The notes: generated by a model not told the origin, from the sequence alone. A stretch of 40,959 bases of DNA from Minisyncoccia bacterium (GCA_041752975.1 JBGSVK010000026.1:1-40959); one strand, 5' to 3'. Shown: positions 1 to 9,008, numbered from the stretch's first letter. Translations and numbers: made by a program.

Positions 1-393
1 ATAACCAAAATCCCTTTCCTGACCATCAAGTATGGTGAGAATTTTTTTACTTTGCCTTGGACACCGACCACTTTTTAGTCTGGCTATATCATGACGCTTT
101 ATTTCGAGCAAATCTCGATAGGCATCAAAAATATTGGCCGATAGGGGAACAAGTTGACTTGCACCACTACATACCCGATCACAAAGTAGAACTGTCTCGA
201 GGTCACTTGGTCGCGACAAGGCCGATAACACCCAGTAGGAAAGTGCGTAACGGAGTGAATATACAGCGTCTTCAGTCAAGACATCTCGCTGTGCCAGTGC
301 TGAGAACAACATCTCTTCTATCTCACTCAGATCAAATCTATCTACTATAGTCTCTGGTGGGTTTTGCTTGAGAAAAATGTCTAATTTACACAT
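1..393 (-). CDS. Hypothetical protein, partial (3' end outside window); not in ORF track
   Basis: Hand translation: ATG at 393 preceded by AAAGGAG SD; 131 open codons MCKLDIFLKQNPPETIVDRFDLSEIEEMLFS... running off the left edge; divergent from TrmB gene. Confidence 0.75.
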   Translation of the reverse strand, partial: MCKLDIFLKQNPPETIVDRFDLSEIEEMLFSALAQRDVLTEDAVYSLRYALSYWVLSALSRPSDLETVLLCDRVCSGASQLVPLSANIFDAYRDLLEIKRHDIARLKSGRCPRQSKKILTILDGQERDFGY

Positions 394-453
394 CTAAGAG
401 CTCCTTTGTTGCTTATTTCAATGTACTTCCTTGCCACAAGGATGAACGTATCA

Positions 454-555
454 TGACATATGTTGTATATGTCAACATAATATAGCTATATATTGCTTGA
501 TTTATACATATTATTCATAATAATGTTGACGTTGCGTCAACAACTGTTGTATACT
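454..555. promoter_or_regulatory. Divergent promoters with palindromic operators (TrmB cassette 1)
   Basis: TGACATAT-N5-ATATGTCA (454-474), TATGTTG-N7-CAACATA (459-479), perfect TGTTGACG-N3-CGTCAACA (524-542); + strand TTGCTT-N17-CATAAT (493-521) and TTGACG-N18-TATACT (526-555). Confidence 0.6.
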
Positions 556-564
556 CAAGTTATT

Positions 565-1323
565 ATGGAAAGCTACTTTAAACGTCTTGGCCTCAATCAA
601 AACGAGCAGACCGTCTATTTAGAAATACTTAAAGCGGGAAAAATACCTCCTCATCGAGTAGCACGTCTAACGGGCATCAATCGAACTACAGTTTATTCGA
701 TAGCCAAGAAACTTGAAGTACTAGGACTAATCGCTATCGATCTTGGTCAGAAAATACACTACTTGGTAGCTTTACCTCCTGAAAAATTTCTTACCATCTA
801 TCAAACTGAGGAAAGGGAGTTAGCAGAAAAGAAGAAAGCGGCTGAAGCCCTAGTTGCTGAACTCCAAACGATTACTGCTGAAAAACAATTCTCAGTGCCA
901 CGTATAAGGTTTATTGAGGAAATTGATTTACGTGAATATCTTTATAATGCTTACCCGCGCTGGGCAGAAAGCGTCTCCTCACATAGCAACATATGGAGAG
1001 GTTTCCAAGATGACACATTAACTACAACCTACCAAGAGTGGATTGACTGGACCTGGAAGCAAGATATCCAAAAGTCACTTCAAGTTGAGTTTTTCGTCAA
1101 CAAGTCACAAATAGAAAAAGATTTGAAACAGAAATACAAGACAAGGAACATGAAGGTTCTACCTCAAGGAATAGAATTCGATTCCAGTTTTTGGATAACT
1201 GGGGAATATCTGATTATGATACAAACACGTGTTCGTCCGCATTACCTTGTAGAAATCCATGACGCTGTATTGGCTCGAAATCAACGCGAACTTTTTAAGG
1301 GACTGTGGCAACTAGCAAAATAG
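565..1323 (+). CDS. TrmB-family transcriptional regulator (wHTH + effector-type C-terminal domain)
   Basis: LGLNQNEQTVYLEIL...VARLTGINRTTVYSIAKKL wHTH; likely start ATG 565 (MESYFKRLGL) rather than TTG 493. Confidence 0.85.
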   Translation: MESYFKRLGLNQNEQTVYLEILKAGKIPPHRVARLTGINRTTVYSIAKKLEVLGLIAIDLGQKIHYLVALPPEKFLTIYQTEERELAEKKKAAEALVAELQTITAEKQFSVPRIRFIEEIDLREYLYNAYPRWAESVSSHSNIWRGFQDDTLTTTYQEWIDWTWKQDIQKSLQVEFFVNKSQIEKDLKQKYKTRNMKVLPQGIEFDSSFWITGEYLIMIQTRVRPHYLVEIHDAVLARNQRELFKGLWQLAK

Positions 1324-1326
1324 ACT

Positions 1327-1364
1327 AACAAACAAAAACGCGAGCTGGTAGAATACCGACTCGC
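1327..1364 (-). terminator. Intrinsic terminator between convergent genes
   Basis: GCGAG..GGTA-N3-TACC..CTCGC stem (1340-1364) followed by T-rich tract on the minus strand. Confidence 0.55.
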
Positions 1365-1437
1365 TTGTCGCAACACTGTTTCGGAGTTTGCTTCCCTAAC
1401 TTGCCTACACGCGGAACAAGTAGCGCGGAGAGGTTTT

Positions 1438-1743
1438 TCATCCATCTCGGGATGGGGCGAGTAAATTAATGACATCGACATCAACCTCGAACTCGCTGAT
1501 ATGAATAAACTTCATATGTGCGGACACAGTGCCAGTGATGTCATGTATTTTTGCGTAGAGTTCTCCGAAGGAAGGATTACCGATCAAACTGCCTTCTGCC
1601 CTGAGCTTGGCTAGTTCCTTTTCAGCTCGCTCAGCATCGCCCGCCTTACTCAATGTTGTAAGTACGTTGAATAGACGGCGATTACAGCCACTTGTCCACT
1701 CAACAGTCACAACTGCCAATCTTTGAACATTTACCCTTTGCAT
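1438..1743 (-). CDS. Hypothetical 101-aa protein divergent from second TrmB
   Basis: AAAGGA SD upstream of ATG; near-consensus promoter upstream; terminator downstream. Confidence 0.7.
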   Translation of the reverse strand: MQRVNVQRLAVVTVEWTSGCNRRLFNVLTTLSKAGDAERAEKELAKLRAEGSLIGNPSFGELYAKIHDITGTVSAHMKFIHISEFEVDVDVINLLAPSRDG

Positions 1744-1821
1744 GATTCTTCCTTTCGAGGATCTGCGTTGAAGTGCCTTTGGTCTTCCGAACCGCTAGTA
1801 TGCTCTCAACTTTCTGCATCT

Positions 1822-1929
1822 ATTATGTCATAATTGCATCATATTGTCAATAATGAAATGTCACTTTTTTATACATATTTGCTTGCTTTTTATGCTTAAA
1901 ATGATATTTTGTAACTATATTTATGACAA
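1822..1929. promoter_or_regulatory. Divergent promoters/operators (TrmB cassette 2)
   Basis: Minus strand TTGACA-N17-CATAAT (1850-1822) with extended TG; TGTCA-N9-TGTCA (1845-1863) and TGTAA-N9-TGACA (1910-1928) as candidate operators. Confidence 0.55.
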
Positions 1930-2687
1930 GTTTAAAATCATCAAATCAAATTTTAATAGAAAAATTAGTTGAATTTGGCCTCACCCAAAATGAGGCAAGT
2001 ATATACATAACTCTGCTAGAATATGGAAAAGAGCTTGGTGGCACCAAGCTTGCACTCCGTTCAAAACTTCACCGACAATACATATATATTTCTCTACCTA
2101 AGCTAATTGCAAAGGGTTTGGTAGAAGAAATTAAGAAAGGAAAGCAAGCTAAATACAAAGCGAGACCGCCACAGTTAATTGAAACTTTAGGGCGCAGGAA
2201 AGCAATAGAAGCTGGTGATTTAGCTAGAGAGCTAAATAAACTCAGTAATATCGGAAACGAGCAGGAATTTGAGGTCCTGCAGGGTATCCGTGCAATTCAA
2301 GAATATGAACTACTTTATGTGGAGCATGCAGAAGAAAGAGAAGAAGAATTTATTATTGGTGGAGCTTCTAGTAATTTTAGCGACCTGATGAGCGATGTAT
2401 TGACAGAGTACCTAGATATCAAAGAAAAAAAGAAAATCGTAGTTAAATACCTGGGCACGCCTGATGAACGAAACTTTTACCAAAAATACATTGGAAAATT
2501 TGCCAACCAGGAATACCGTTTCATAGAAAAACTCCCCAAAGGGAAAACGCATATGCTGATTCGTAAAGATACAGTTTCATTCTATTCATTTCTTAACCCG
2601 CCATTGGTGTATGTAATCAAGTCAAAACAAATAGCCACTAACTACAAAGATTTCTTTATGATGCTGTGGGAGATGGGGCAATCTTAG
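1923..2687 (+). CDS. TrmB-family transcriptional regulator
   Basis: FGLTQNEASIYITLL...LALRSKLHRQYIYISLPKLIAKGLV wHTH; C-terminal F..LW motif as in first copy. Confidence 0.85.
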   Translation: MTSLKSSNQILIEKLVEFGLTQNEASIYITLLEYGKELGGTKLALRSKLHRQYIYISLPKLIAKGLVEEIKKGKQAKYKARPPQLIETLGRRKAIEAGDLARELNKLSNIGNEQEFEVLQGIRAIQEYELLYVEHAEEREEEFIIGGASSNFSDLMSDVLTEYLDIKEKKKIVVKYLGTPDERNFYQKYIGKFANQEYRFIEKLPKGKTHMLIRKDTVSFYSFLNPPLVYVIKSKQIATNYKDFFMMLWEMGQS

Positions 2688-2750
2688 TTAAATTGTTTAA
2701 AATACCTATATTATAATTATGATATCCCCTTATTTATCTTTTAATTTTAT

Positions 2751-3056
2751 ATGAAAAATTTTGATTCTATACCTGTTAATCACGGTCCACAACCTAGTTC
2801 ACGCTCTGGCAGAGAAAGGCAATATGAACAAACTATCGAGGATAGAATCCAAGCAGGAGAAACACAGGTTCAAGAGTTGTTAGAAAAAATGGGCAGTGGT
2901 GTAACTCTGGCTGATTTGGGTGAACAGGGGATTATTATCGAGCAGCGTTTAGAAGAACTAAAAGCGGAGAAGAATCATAGGGGTGGAGATTCAATTATGA
3001 AACTTGCTCAATTAACTAAAGCAATTAAGGAAGTTGGTCCTACGACAACACATTAG
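2751..3056 (+). CDS. Hypothetical helical/coiled-coil protein
   Basis: 101-aa ORF, ATG start in AT-rich context, fills intergenic gap. Confidence 0.6.
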   Translation: MKNFDSIPVNHGPQPSSRSGRERQYEQTIEDRIQAGETQVQELLEKMGSGVTLADLGEQGIIIEQRLEELKAEKNHRGGDSIMKLAQLTKAIKEVGPTTTH

Positions 3057-3186
3057 AGTTAACTGTCTTAAACAAAACTAAATAAACTTTATAAAAGAGA
3101 GAATTTACTTTCAACATCAAAACCATTAGAGTCTTCCCTTAAAAATTTCTTATCATATATAGATGCTAATCTGGTAAAATCAAGTT

Positions 3187-3894
3187 ATGCCCGAAAAGAT
3201 ACCATCGCTACTAAATAAACCAATTGGGACCGGTAATGAAAAACGTGTATTTCAACACCCCAACAACTCCGAGAAAGTGATAGGGCAGTATCGTGATGAA
3301 CTAACTAATGAAGAAATTAAGTCAGTCTACTATTTTGGAAAACTGGTCCAATTACTTTTCCCAGAAAGTTATACCGCTCCGACTCAAGTGGGTAACGACG
3401 GACTTAGTGATAAAAGTATGTTTATTGCTCCTAGGGTTAGTTTGGATCCTACCGCAGAAAAACTGGCTAACTATAGCGTGGAAGATGAAGAGTATTTAAT
3501 GGGAGAAGAATCAAGTGTCTTTAGCTCCAGTGAAAGAAATGCTATAGACTCATTTGCTGATAAAGCTATTTTAAATCCACAATTTCGCGAACTTAGTACC
3601 GCCATGAGATACGCTGGACTTCCGATAGATTCAGAAAATCCAGGTAACTTCACTATTAATAAAAACGGAACGGCAGTTTACTTGGATGTTATGCAACCAT
3701 TTGTTGTTAACGATGGGGGTGTAATACTGAGGTTTAATAAAAATAATCTTATTCAAGCGCTTACAGAGATTGAAGATGAAGCCACCAGAAACCAAGCAAA
3801 CTTTTATTTGTCCAGGACCCTAGAACTTTATGAGGAGGCAAAAAGTAACTGGCAGGAGAGAAGCAACGAAACAACATCTAAATCTCAGCGATAA
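3187..3894 (+). CDS. Protein-kinase-like fold protein (YrbL-like, atypical)
   Basis: IGTGNEKRVFQHP Gly-loop, IDSENPGNF catalytic-loop-like, VYLD DFG-like; TGgTAAAAT 6 nt before ATG. Confidence 0.5.
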   Translation: MPEKIPSLLNKPIGTGNEKRVFQHPNNSEKVIGQYRDELTNEEIKSVYYFGKLVQLLFPESYTAPTQVGNDGLSDKSMFIAPRVSLDPTAEKLANYSVEDEEYLMGEESSVFSSSERNAIDSFADKAILNPQFRELSTAMRYAGLPIDSENPGNFTINKNGTAVYLDVMQPFVVNDGGVILRFNKNNLIQALTEIEDEATRNQANFYLSRTLELYEEAKSNWQERSNETTSKSQR

Positions 3895-4003
3895 CTGATT
3901 TTACTGGAGAGTATACTCAAAAAAATAGTGTATAGATACAAAAAATTATATTAGAGGGGAGTAAGATATATAGGTGACTACCAGTTGAGAAAGGAGGAGT
4001 CGC

Positions 4004-4201
4004 ATGTACCAGCAAGCTAAAGGTCCGGATGGAAACCATACGTTACCTCAACAACAGCAAAAGCAAGGGTTGCTCTTTCCTGAGATTGAGCCCCCTACAA
4101 CTGAGCTCATAACAACTGAACCTACAACAAAAAGTCCTTCGCCTTCCAATTACGGTGGAGAGGACGACCTTGGGGAAGACTTTGTCTACTGTCGTCTCTG
4201 A
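4004..4201 (+). CDS. Small low-complexity hypothetical protein (65 aa)
   Basis: Strong SD AAGGAGG, own terminator immediately after the stop. Confidence 0.65.
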   Translation: MYQQAKGPDGNHTLPQQQQKQGLLFPEIEPPTTELITTEPTTKSPSPSNYGGEDDLGEDFVYCRL

Positions 4202-4206
4202 AGCCT

Positions 4207-4239
4207 GAGTGCCGCATCACGCCGGCGCTCGTTTCTTTT
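4207..4239 (+). terminator. Intrinsic terminator
   Basis: GAGTGCCG/CGGCGCTC stem followed by GTTTCTTTT. Confidence 0.7.
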
Positions 4240-4353
4240 CTACAAATTTAATAATTATTGGGTCATTGCATTGCTAGAAATTTTTGTTATCTTACTTTAA
4301 GCAAAAGTTCCCGAATCACCATTTTTCCAACACCTACAGAAGCGGAGTCAATT

Positions 4354-4557
4354 ATGAAAAAAATTGGGAAGCGGGTCTTTCCAGAAGTAGTTTCTCGGGT
4401 AGTTGTATACGGTTGTTTCAACTTAATCACGCTACCTACATGGAAGGTTTTCACTTTAACACTTCCGCTATTTTTTGGTAGAGACCGAGCCAAAATAATA
4501 CTGGAGGAAATCAGGAGCAACTTTCAGTACAGCCCCTCGGATGAAGAAAATGGGTGA
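4354..4557 (+). CDS. Small hypothetical protein (67 aa, hydrophobic core)
   Basis: GGAG before ATG 4354 (MKKIGKRVFPE), promoter-like TTGCAT-N16-TATCTT at 4266-4293, hairpin right after the stop. Confidence 0.5.
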   Translation: MKKIGKRVFPEVVSRVVVYGCFNLITLPTWKVFTLTLPLFFGRDRAKIILEEIRSNFQYSPSDEENG

Positions 4558-4559
4558 TG

Positions 4560-4586
4560 GACCCGCAGCCTACAAAGCTGCGGGTC
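4560..4586 (+). terminator. GC-rich hairpin, probable terminator
   Basis: GACCCGCAGC-N7-GCTGCGGGTC perfect 10-bp stem; weak U tract. Confidence 0.55.
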
Positions 4587-4660
4587 TTGCATTGCTTTAG
4601 TAAAGTAATACACTTATATATAGAGATACGACATTATAAATTATTATTGAATCTAAATTT

Positions 4661-5104
4661 ATGGAAGGAAACCAAACTCCAAACGAAAACGTAAACAATC
4701 AATCTGTACCAACGCCAGAAACTTCAGTGCCGGCAACGGTGGCTCCAGAGGCTTCTACAAATACCTCTACAGAACCAACTTCAAATATTGAATTTAATGA
4801 GGTGACTATTATGGCTGCTTTGTCATATTTTGGACCACTAGTAATTATTCCTTACCTAACCAAAAAGGATAATCCTTTTGTCTTGTTTCATATCAAGCAA
4901 GGTTTGGTACTCTTAGTTCCTTACTTGGCGCTATGGGTAATTGGTAATTACATGTACATGGTGCTTGGTCCACTTGGGTCAATTCTAAGCCTAATAAACT
5001 TGGCTTTAGTCGTACTTTCAATCTTTGGTATTGTAAACGCTGTTCAAAAGAAGGAAAAAGCTCTGCCAATAGTTGGGAAATATTCTTCATACTTCAATGT
5101 CTAG
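4661..5104 (+). CDS. DUF4870-like small membrane protein
   Basis: AALSY...PFVLFHIKQG...GIVNA....KALPIVG signature, about 3 TM helices, disordered N-terminus. Confidence 0.75.
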   Translation: MEGNQTPNENVNNQSVPTPETSVPATVAPEASTNTSTEPTSNIEFNEVTIMAALSYFGPLVIIPYLTKKDNPFVLFHIKQGLVLLVPYLALWVIGNYMYMVLGPLGSILSLINLALVVLSIFGIVNAVQKKEKALPIVGKYSSYFNV

Positions 5105-5250
5105 TATTAGCACATCTTGGCAAAAAGCCTTGTGTTTATATGTAAATGTGATTTAATACAAGTAGCGAAACAAACTCCTCCGAAACAAGGTGAAAGCATT
5201 GATCAGGTGAAGTAAAGTTTTGTGGTTAATTAAAGTTTAAGTAAAATAAA

Positions 5251-5448
5251 ATGACAGGATCAATAGTTCGAAAGCGTGATAATGGTTATGGTTTTATCAA
5301 GCCAGATGATGGCGGAAAGGATGTATTCTTTCATGCACAATCACTTGTAGAAGTTGCATTTGACGACCTACAAGAAGGCGATGCCGTAACATTCGATGTT
5401 GAGCAAGGACCAAAAGGACCAGCTGCAACAAACGTACGTCGAGCATAA
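5251..5448 (+). CDS. csp: Cold-shock protein (CSD)
   Basis: RNP1 NGYGFI, RNP2 VFFH, C-terminal GPKGPAATNV. Confidence 0.95.
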   Translation: MTGSIVRKRDNGYGFIKPDDGGKDVFFHAQSLVEVAFDDLQEGDAVTFDVEQGPKGPAATNVRRA

Positions 5449-5467
5449 ATATACCCCTCGGGTATAG

Positions 5468-5507
5468 AACAATAGGCGTAGAGTCATTAGACTCTACGCC
5501 TATTGTT
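5468..5507. terminator. Terminator, 18-bp perfect inverted repeat
   Basis: AACAATAGGCGTAGAGTC-ATTA-GACTCTACGCCTATTGTT. Confidence 0.85.
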
Positions 5508-5555
5508 TATTATTAGCAGTCAAATAATACCTGAATCAAGGTATACTATTTGGAC

Positions 5556-5945
5556 ATGCTCTTTCTATCTATCATGCACCACTATATTTTGTGGCATTAC
5601 ACCACAGCTTTTAGTGAAATCCTTCACGTCTGGAAAAACCTACTTTGGTTTACCTATAATTTCTTTTCACTACCACAAATGTTTAAGTCGTACTTTTCTC
5701 CCTGGAAAAGAATGACCGAAGAAAGAGGTAATACTTTTAATTTTGAAGACTTGGCTGGCTTCATCATCATCAATCTTATTTCACGAATCATTGGAATGAT
5801 ACTACGGACGATTATTATTTCAGTTGGCTTACTAGCTATTTTAGTATTAATTTTGGCAATAATTATTACTTATATTTTTTGGATATTTGCCCCTATCTTA
5901 TTAGTTGCATGCTTGTACTATGGCTTGGTTCTTATTTTTTCATAA
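5556..5945 (+). CDS. Small Trp/Phe-rich membrane protein, partner of downstream Clp-like ATPase
   Basis: YILWHY...FFSLPQMFKSYFSPWKR...NLISRIIG.ILR plus C-terminal TM helices; likely ATG 5556; 13 nt gap to the ATPase. Confidence 0.8.
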   Translation: MLFLSIMHHYILWHYTTAFSEILHVWKNLLWFTYNFFSLPQMFKSYFSPWKRMTEERGNTFNFEDLAGFIIINLISRIIGMILRTIIISVGLLAILVLILAIIITYIFWIFAPILLVACLYYGLVLIFS

Positions 5946-5958
5946 TTAATACATATAT

Positions 5959-8400
5959 ATGTATACAATTGCCGACAACATCGCGAGCTACAAACCAACC
6001 TTGACCTTAGTTAAAGTGCTAAGTCGAAAAACCTTAACTAGACTAAGGACATTATTTTTTATCGTTGCAACAACTTGTGCAGTACTTGGAGCCGGAGGAT
6101 ACTTTTTTATGCCTGGAGAATACACCTCTCTATTAATAGGATTGTCACTAATTTTTACCGGATTATGGATTGAGCAAATACTTATTTATAGTTATCACAA
6201 CAGCTTCTATTTCTATGGACTTAATTCTGTACTAGGGATAGATGACGAAAAAATATCCGGAACTACTTATGATATTGCTGAAGCTCTACTTCCAGACGAG
6301 TCAGATGTTACAAAGTCATTTTGTTCATCACGCATTGGTACTGTAGTCATATTAAGAGCGGGGATAGATTTAAATGCTCTTGATACTTACCTACACTCCA
6401 CTCGACCAAAAATTAGTACTCAGATGATACCGCTACCAGTAGGTGAGGTTTTTAATTTAATAACACTTGGTCAATATCTACTGCAACAAGATAGTACTTT
6501 CCAAAAATTCATCAAAGAACAGGGAATAACCGAAGAAGTTTTTCTAGGTTCATTGCGTTGGGTGGTCACAGCACACCATAATGAAAAAAAAGCTGAACGT
6601 TGGTGGGGGAAAGATAATCTTTCCAAAACCGAAGGTATTGGTAGAGAATGGTCATATGGTACAGCTTATATCTTGGAGAAGTTTTCCAGAGACATTCGAA
6701 CCAGTGCTGTATTTTCAAACCTAACTTCTAGAGATGATTCTGCTTTTACAGAAGAGAAAATTGCCGAAGTGGAAATAGCCCTCGCCAGAGCAAAAGCCTC
6801 AAACGTTTTGGTAATTGGTGAAGCTGGGGTAGGTAAAATCGATCTCTTACTTGAAGTGGACAGAAGAATGCGAACCGGGAAGTCGATAAATTCAGTTGCT
6901 GACCAACACATGGTTCTTCTAGATACAAACCGTATCTTTGCTACCAACAAAGATAAAAATGAACTAGAACTGACTCTGCTTTCATTATTTACTGAAGCCA
7001 CCAAAGCAGGGAACGTAATCATTGTCATTGAAAACTTGAGTACTTTTGTTAGAGAGGCCGAAGCAATGGGTGTGTTTGTACCCGAACTGCTAGACCCATT
7101 TTTGGCAACACCTGCTCTCCATGTAGTTGCCACAGACACACCAGGAGCCTATCACACCCACCTTGAACCACTCGGGGCTTTTGCTCGTCGATTTGCGGAA
7201 GTGCTAATTGATACTCCAGACTTAAGTAGTACTACTAGGGTACTACAAAATATTGCTCTTAGTAACGAAAACAAGTATCAAGTCCTCTTTACCTATGAAT
7301 CATTAGTTGCTATTACCACATCAGCTGACAGATACATTGTTGAAGGGGTAATGCCTGACAAAGCTATCGAACTGTTAATTGATGTCGCAACTCGAGCGCA
7401 ACAGAGTCAGCAACCAGTCATCTCTGCAAACTATGTATACGAGGTCGTTAGCGAGAAAACCGGAATCCCGGCCGGACCAATCGGTAATCAAGAGAGGGAT
7501 ATGCTTCTAAACTTGGAAGATAAACTTCACGAAAGAGTAATCGGGCAACAGCAAGCCCTCGACGCTATTGCAAGAACTATGCGCCGAGCCCGAGCTGGTA
7601 TTCAATCAGCAGATAAACCAATTGGTTCATTTCTTTTCCTCGGACCAACTGGAGTTGGAAAAACTGAAACCGCAAAAGCTTTAGCTCATGTTTTCTTTGG
7701 CGACGAAAAAAATATGCACCGAATTGATATGTCTGAGTTTAGTGGCGGAGATGCACTACAGCGACTAATCGGTGATGGTATAAAATCGGGAGTTCTATCT
7801 GACATGCTACGAGAACATCCATACTCAGTATTGTTACTTGATGAATTTGAAAAAGGAGCTAGAGCAGTACACGATATCTTTTTGCAAATTCTAGATGAGG
7901 GAATATTTACTGATGCGCGTGGAGAAAAAGTAAACGCTCGTAACACAATCATAATTGCCACCTCAAATGCCGGTAGCCAATTGATTCTCAAAACCGTTAG
8001 CCAAAGAAAGGCTCTAGCTACTCTCAGTCAAGAAATTATTAATCACATAGTCAAAGAAGGAATCTACCGACCCGAACTGCTAAACCGCTTTGATAGTACT
8101 GTTATATTTGAACCGCTTTCTCAAGAAGGTCAAGGTCAAATCGCCGGACTAATGTTGAAGGGTCTTTATGAGCGAGTAAAGGAACAAGGTTTTGAGCTTG
8201 TCATAAACCGCGACCTAATAGACATTCTAGTTGATAAGGGGTACAGTCCAGAATTCGGTGCCAGACCAATGCAAAGAGTTATTCAAAATGTAGTAGAAGA
8301 GAAGATTGCTCAGCTAATAATCAGTGGTAAAGCAGTCAAAGGAGAAACTATCAATCTAACCAAGGCTGATTTTACTGCTGAAGAATTAGCAGTAATTTAA
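5959..8400 (+). CDS. Membrane-anchored Clp/Hsp100-like AAA+ ATPase
   Basis: Two N-terminal TM helices; NBD1 GEAGVGKI and MPDKAIELL; NBD2 SFLFLGPTGVGKTETAKALA, LLLDEFEK, RPELLNRFD, FGARPM. Confidence 0.85.
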   Translation: MYTIADNIASYKPTLTLVKVLSRKTLTRLRTLFFIVATTCAVLGAGGYFFMPGEYTSLLIGLSLIFTGLWIEQILIYSYHNSFYFYGLNSVLGIDDEKISGTTYDIAEALLPDESDVTKSFCSSRIGTVVILRAGIDLNALDTYLHSTRPKISTQMIPLPVGEVFNLITLGQYLLQQDSTFQKFIKEQGITEEVFLGSLRWVVTAHHNEKKAERWWGKDNLSKTEGIGREWSYGTAYILEKFSRDIRTSAVFSNLTSRDDSAFTEEKIAEVEIALARAKASNVLVIGEAGVGKIDLLLEVDRRMRTGKSINSVADQHMVLLDTNRIFATNKDKNELELTLLSLFTEATKAGNVIIVIENLSTFVREAEAMGVFVPELLDPFLATPALHVVATDTPGAYHTHLEPLGAFARRFAEVLIDTPDLSSTTRVLQNIALSNENKYQVLFTYESLVAITTSADRYIVEGVMPDKAIELLIDVATRAQQSQQPVISANYVYEVVSEKTGIPAGPIGNQERDMLLNLEDKLHERVIGQQQALDAIARTMRRARAGIQSADKPIGSFLFLGPTGVGKTETAKALAHVFFGDEKNMHRIDMSEFSGGDALQRLIGDGIKSGVLSDMLREHPYSVLLLDEFEKGARAVHDIFLQILDEGIFTDARGEKVNARNTIIIATSNAGSQLILKTVSQRKALATLSQEIINHIVKEGIYRPELLNRFDSTVIFEPLSQEGQGQIAGLMLKGLYERVKEQGFELVINRDLIDILVDKGYSPEFGARPMQRVIQNVVEEKIAQLIISGKAVKGETINLTKADFTAEELAVI

Positions 8401-8409
8401 GTCCCAGCA

Positions 8410-8456
8410 TAAATAAAACACAGCCAGACACTTATGTCTGGCTGTGGTTTTATTTA
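8410..8456. terminator. Intrinsic terminator
   Basis: CACAGCCAGACA-CTTA-TGTCTGGCTGTG flanked by A and T tracts. Confidence 0.85.
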
Positions 8457-8534
8457 ACTTGCTTTGTTGAATATAAATTGTATGCTACGCAAGGTTAGGT
8501 ACACTGCTCATCCACAGAATTCCAAGGAGAACTT

Positions 8535-8693
8535 ATGTTCGCTTATATCCAATACCGACTAGTCACCAAAGTAATCAGCGACATAGACGAGATACTGAGG
8601 GGCTTTTTGTTTGCAGTCTGGGGACTGGGCTTGATAGCTTTTGACATCATGCTGGACTTCTATTACTTCTTTTTTCCAGAAGATGAAGAGTAA
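8535..8693 (+). CDS. 52-aa hydrophobic small protein; not in ORF track
   Basis: AAGGAG SD; MFAYIQYRLVTKVISDIDEILRGFLFAVWGLGLIAFDIMLDFYYFFFPEDEE; TTGCTT-N16-TATGCT promoter candidate at 8459-8486. Confidence 0.6.
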   Translation: MFAYIQYRLVTKVISDIDEILRGFLFAVWGLGLIAFDIMLDFYYFFFPEDEE

Positions 8694-8742
8694 CCCTACG
8701 GCACATAGCGAATCTCAAAACATACATAGAAAGGACGAAACG

Positions 8743-8819
8743 ACCCCCGAGGCAATATACTCTTTTAACAGAGTCATTGCCTCGGGGGTTTACGCGTCAC
8801 TTCTTGAAACGAAGGTTTC
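8743..8819. other. Long GC-rich stem-loop(s); terminator or structured RNA
   Basis: ACCCCCGAGGCAAT (8743-8756) pairs with ATTGCCTCGGGGGT (8776-8789) plus inner ACTCT/AGAGT; second hairpin GAAAC-GAAG-GTTTC (8806-8819). Confidence 0.55.
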
Positions 8820-9008
8820 GCTCGTAAACAGTCTTCATTGCAGGGACCATTTTATTGGACTAACTTTTTTATCACAACTTCCTCTCACAGATTGGTTTAG
8901 ACACAAGAGCTTATACTCTATGATTATTTAACATAATCTTTAGAAATAACAACGCGATAATCTGGTTTTAGTAGCTAAGTCACCCTATGTGGAATACAAT
9001 AGATAAGT

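Noticed and set aside
57-350. 97-aa + strand ORF
   Set aside because: Antisense shadow of a longer SD-led minus-strand frame (393 to the left edge)
8641-8931. 96-aa TTG-start ORF
   Set aside because: No RBS, overlaps the better-supported 8535-8693 ORF and runs through a strong hairpin
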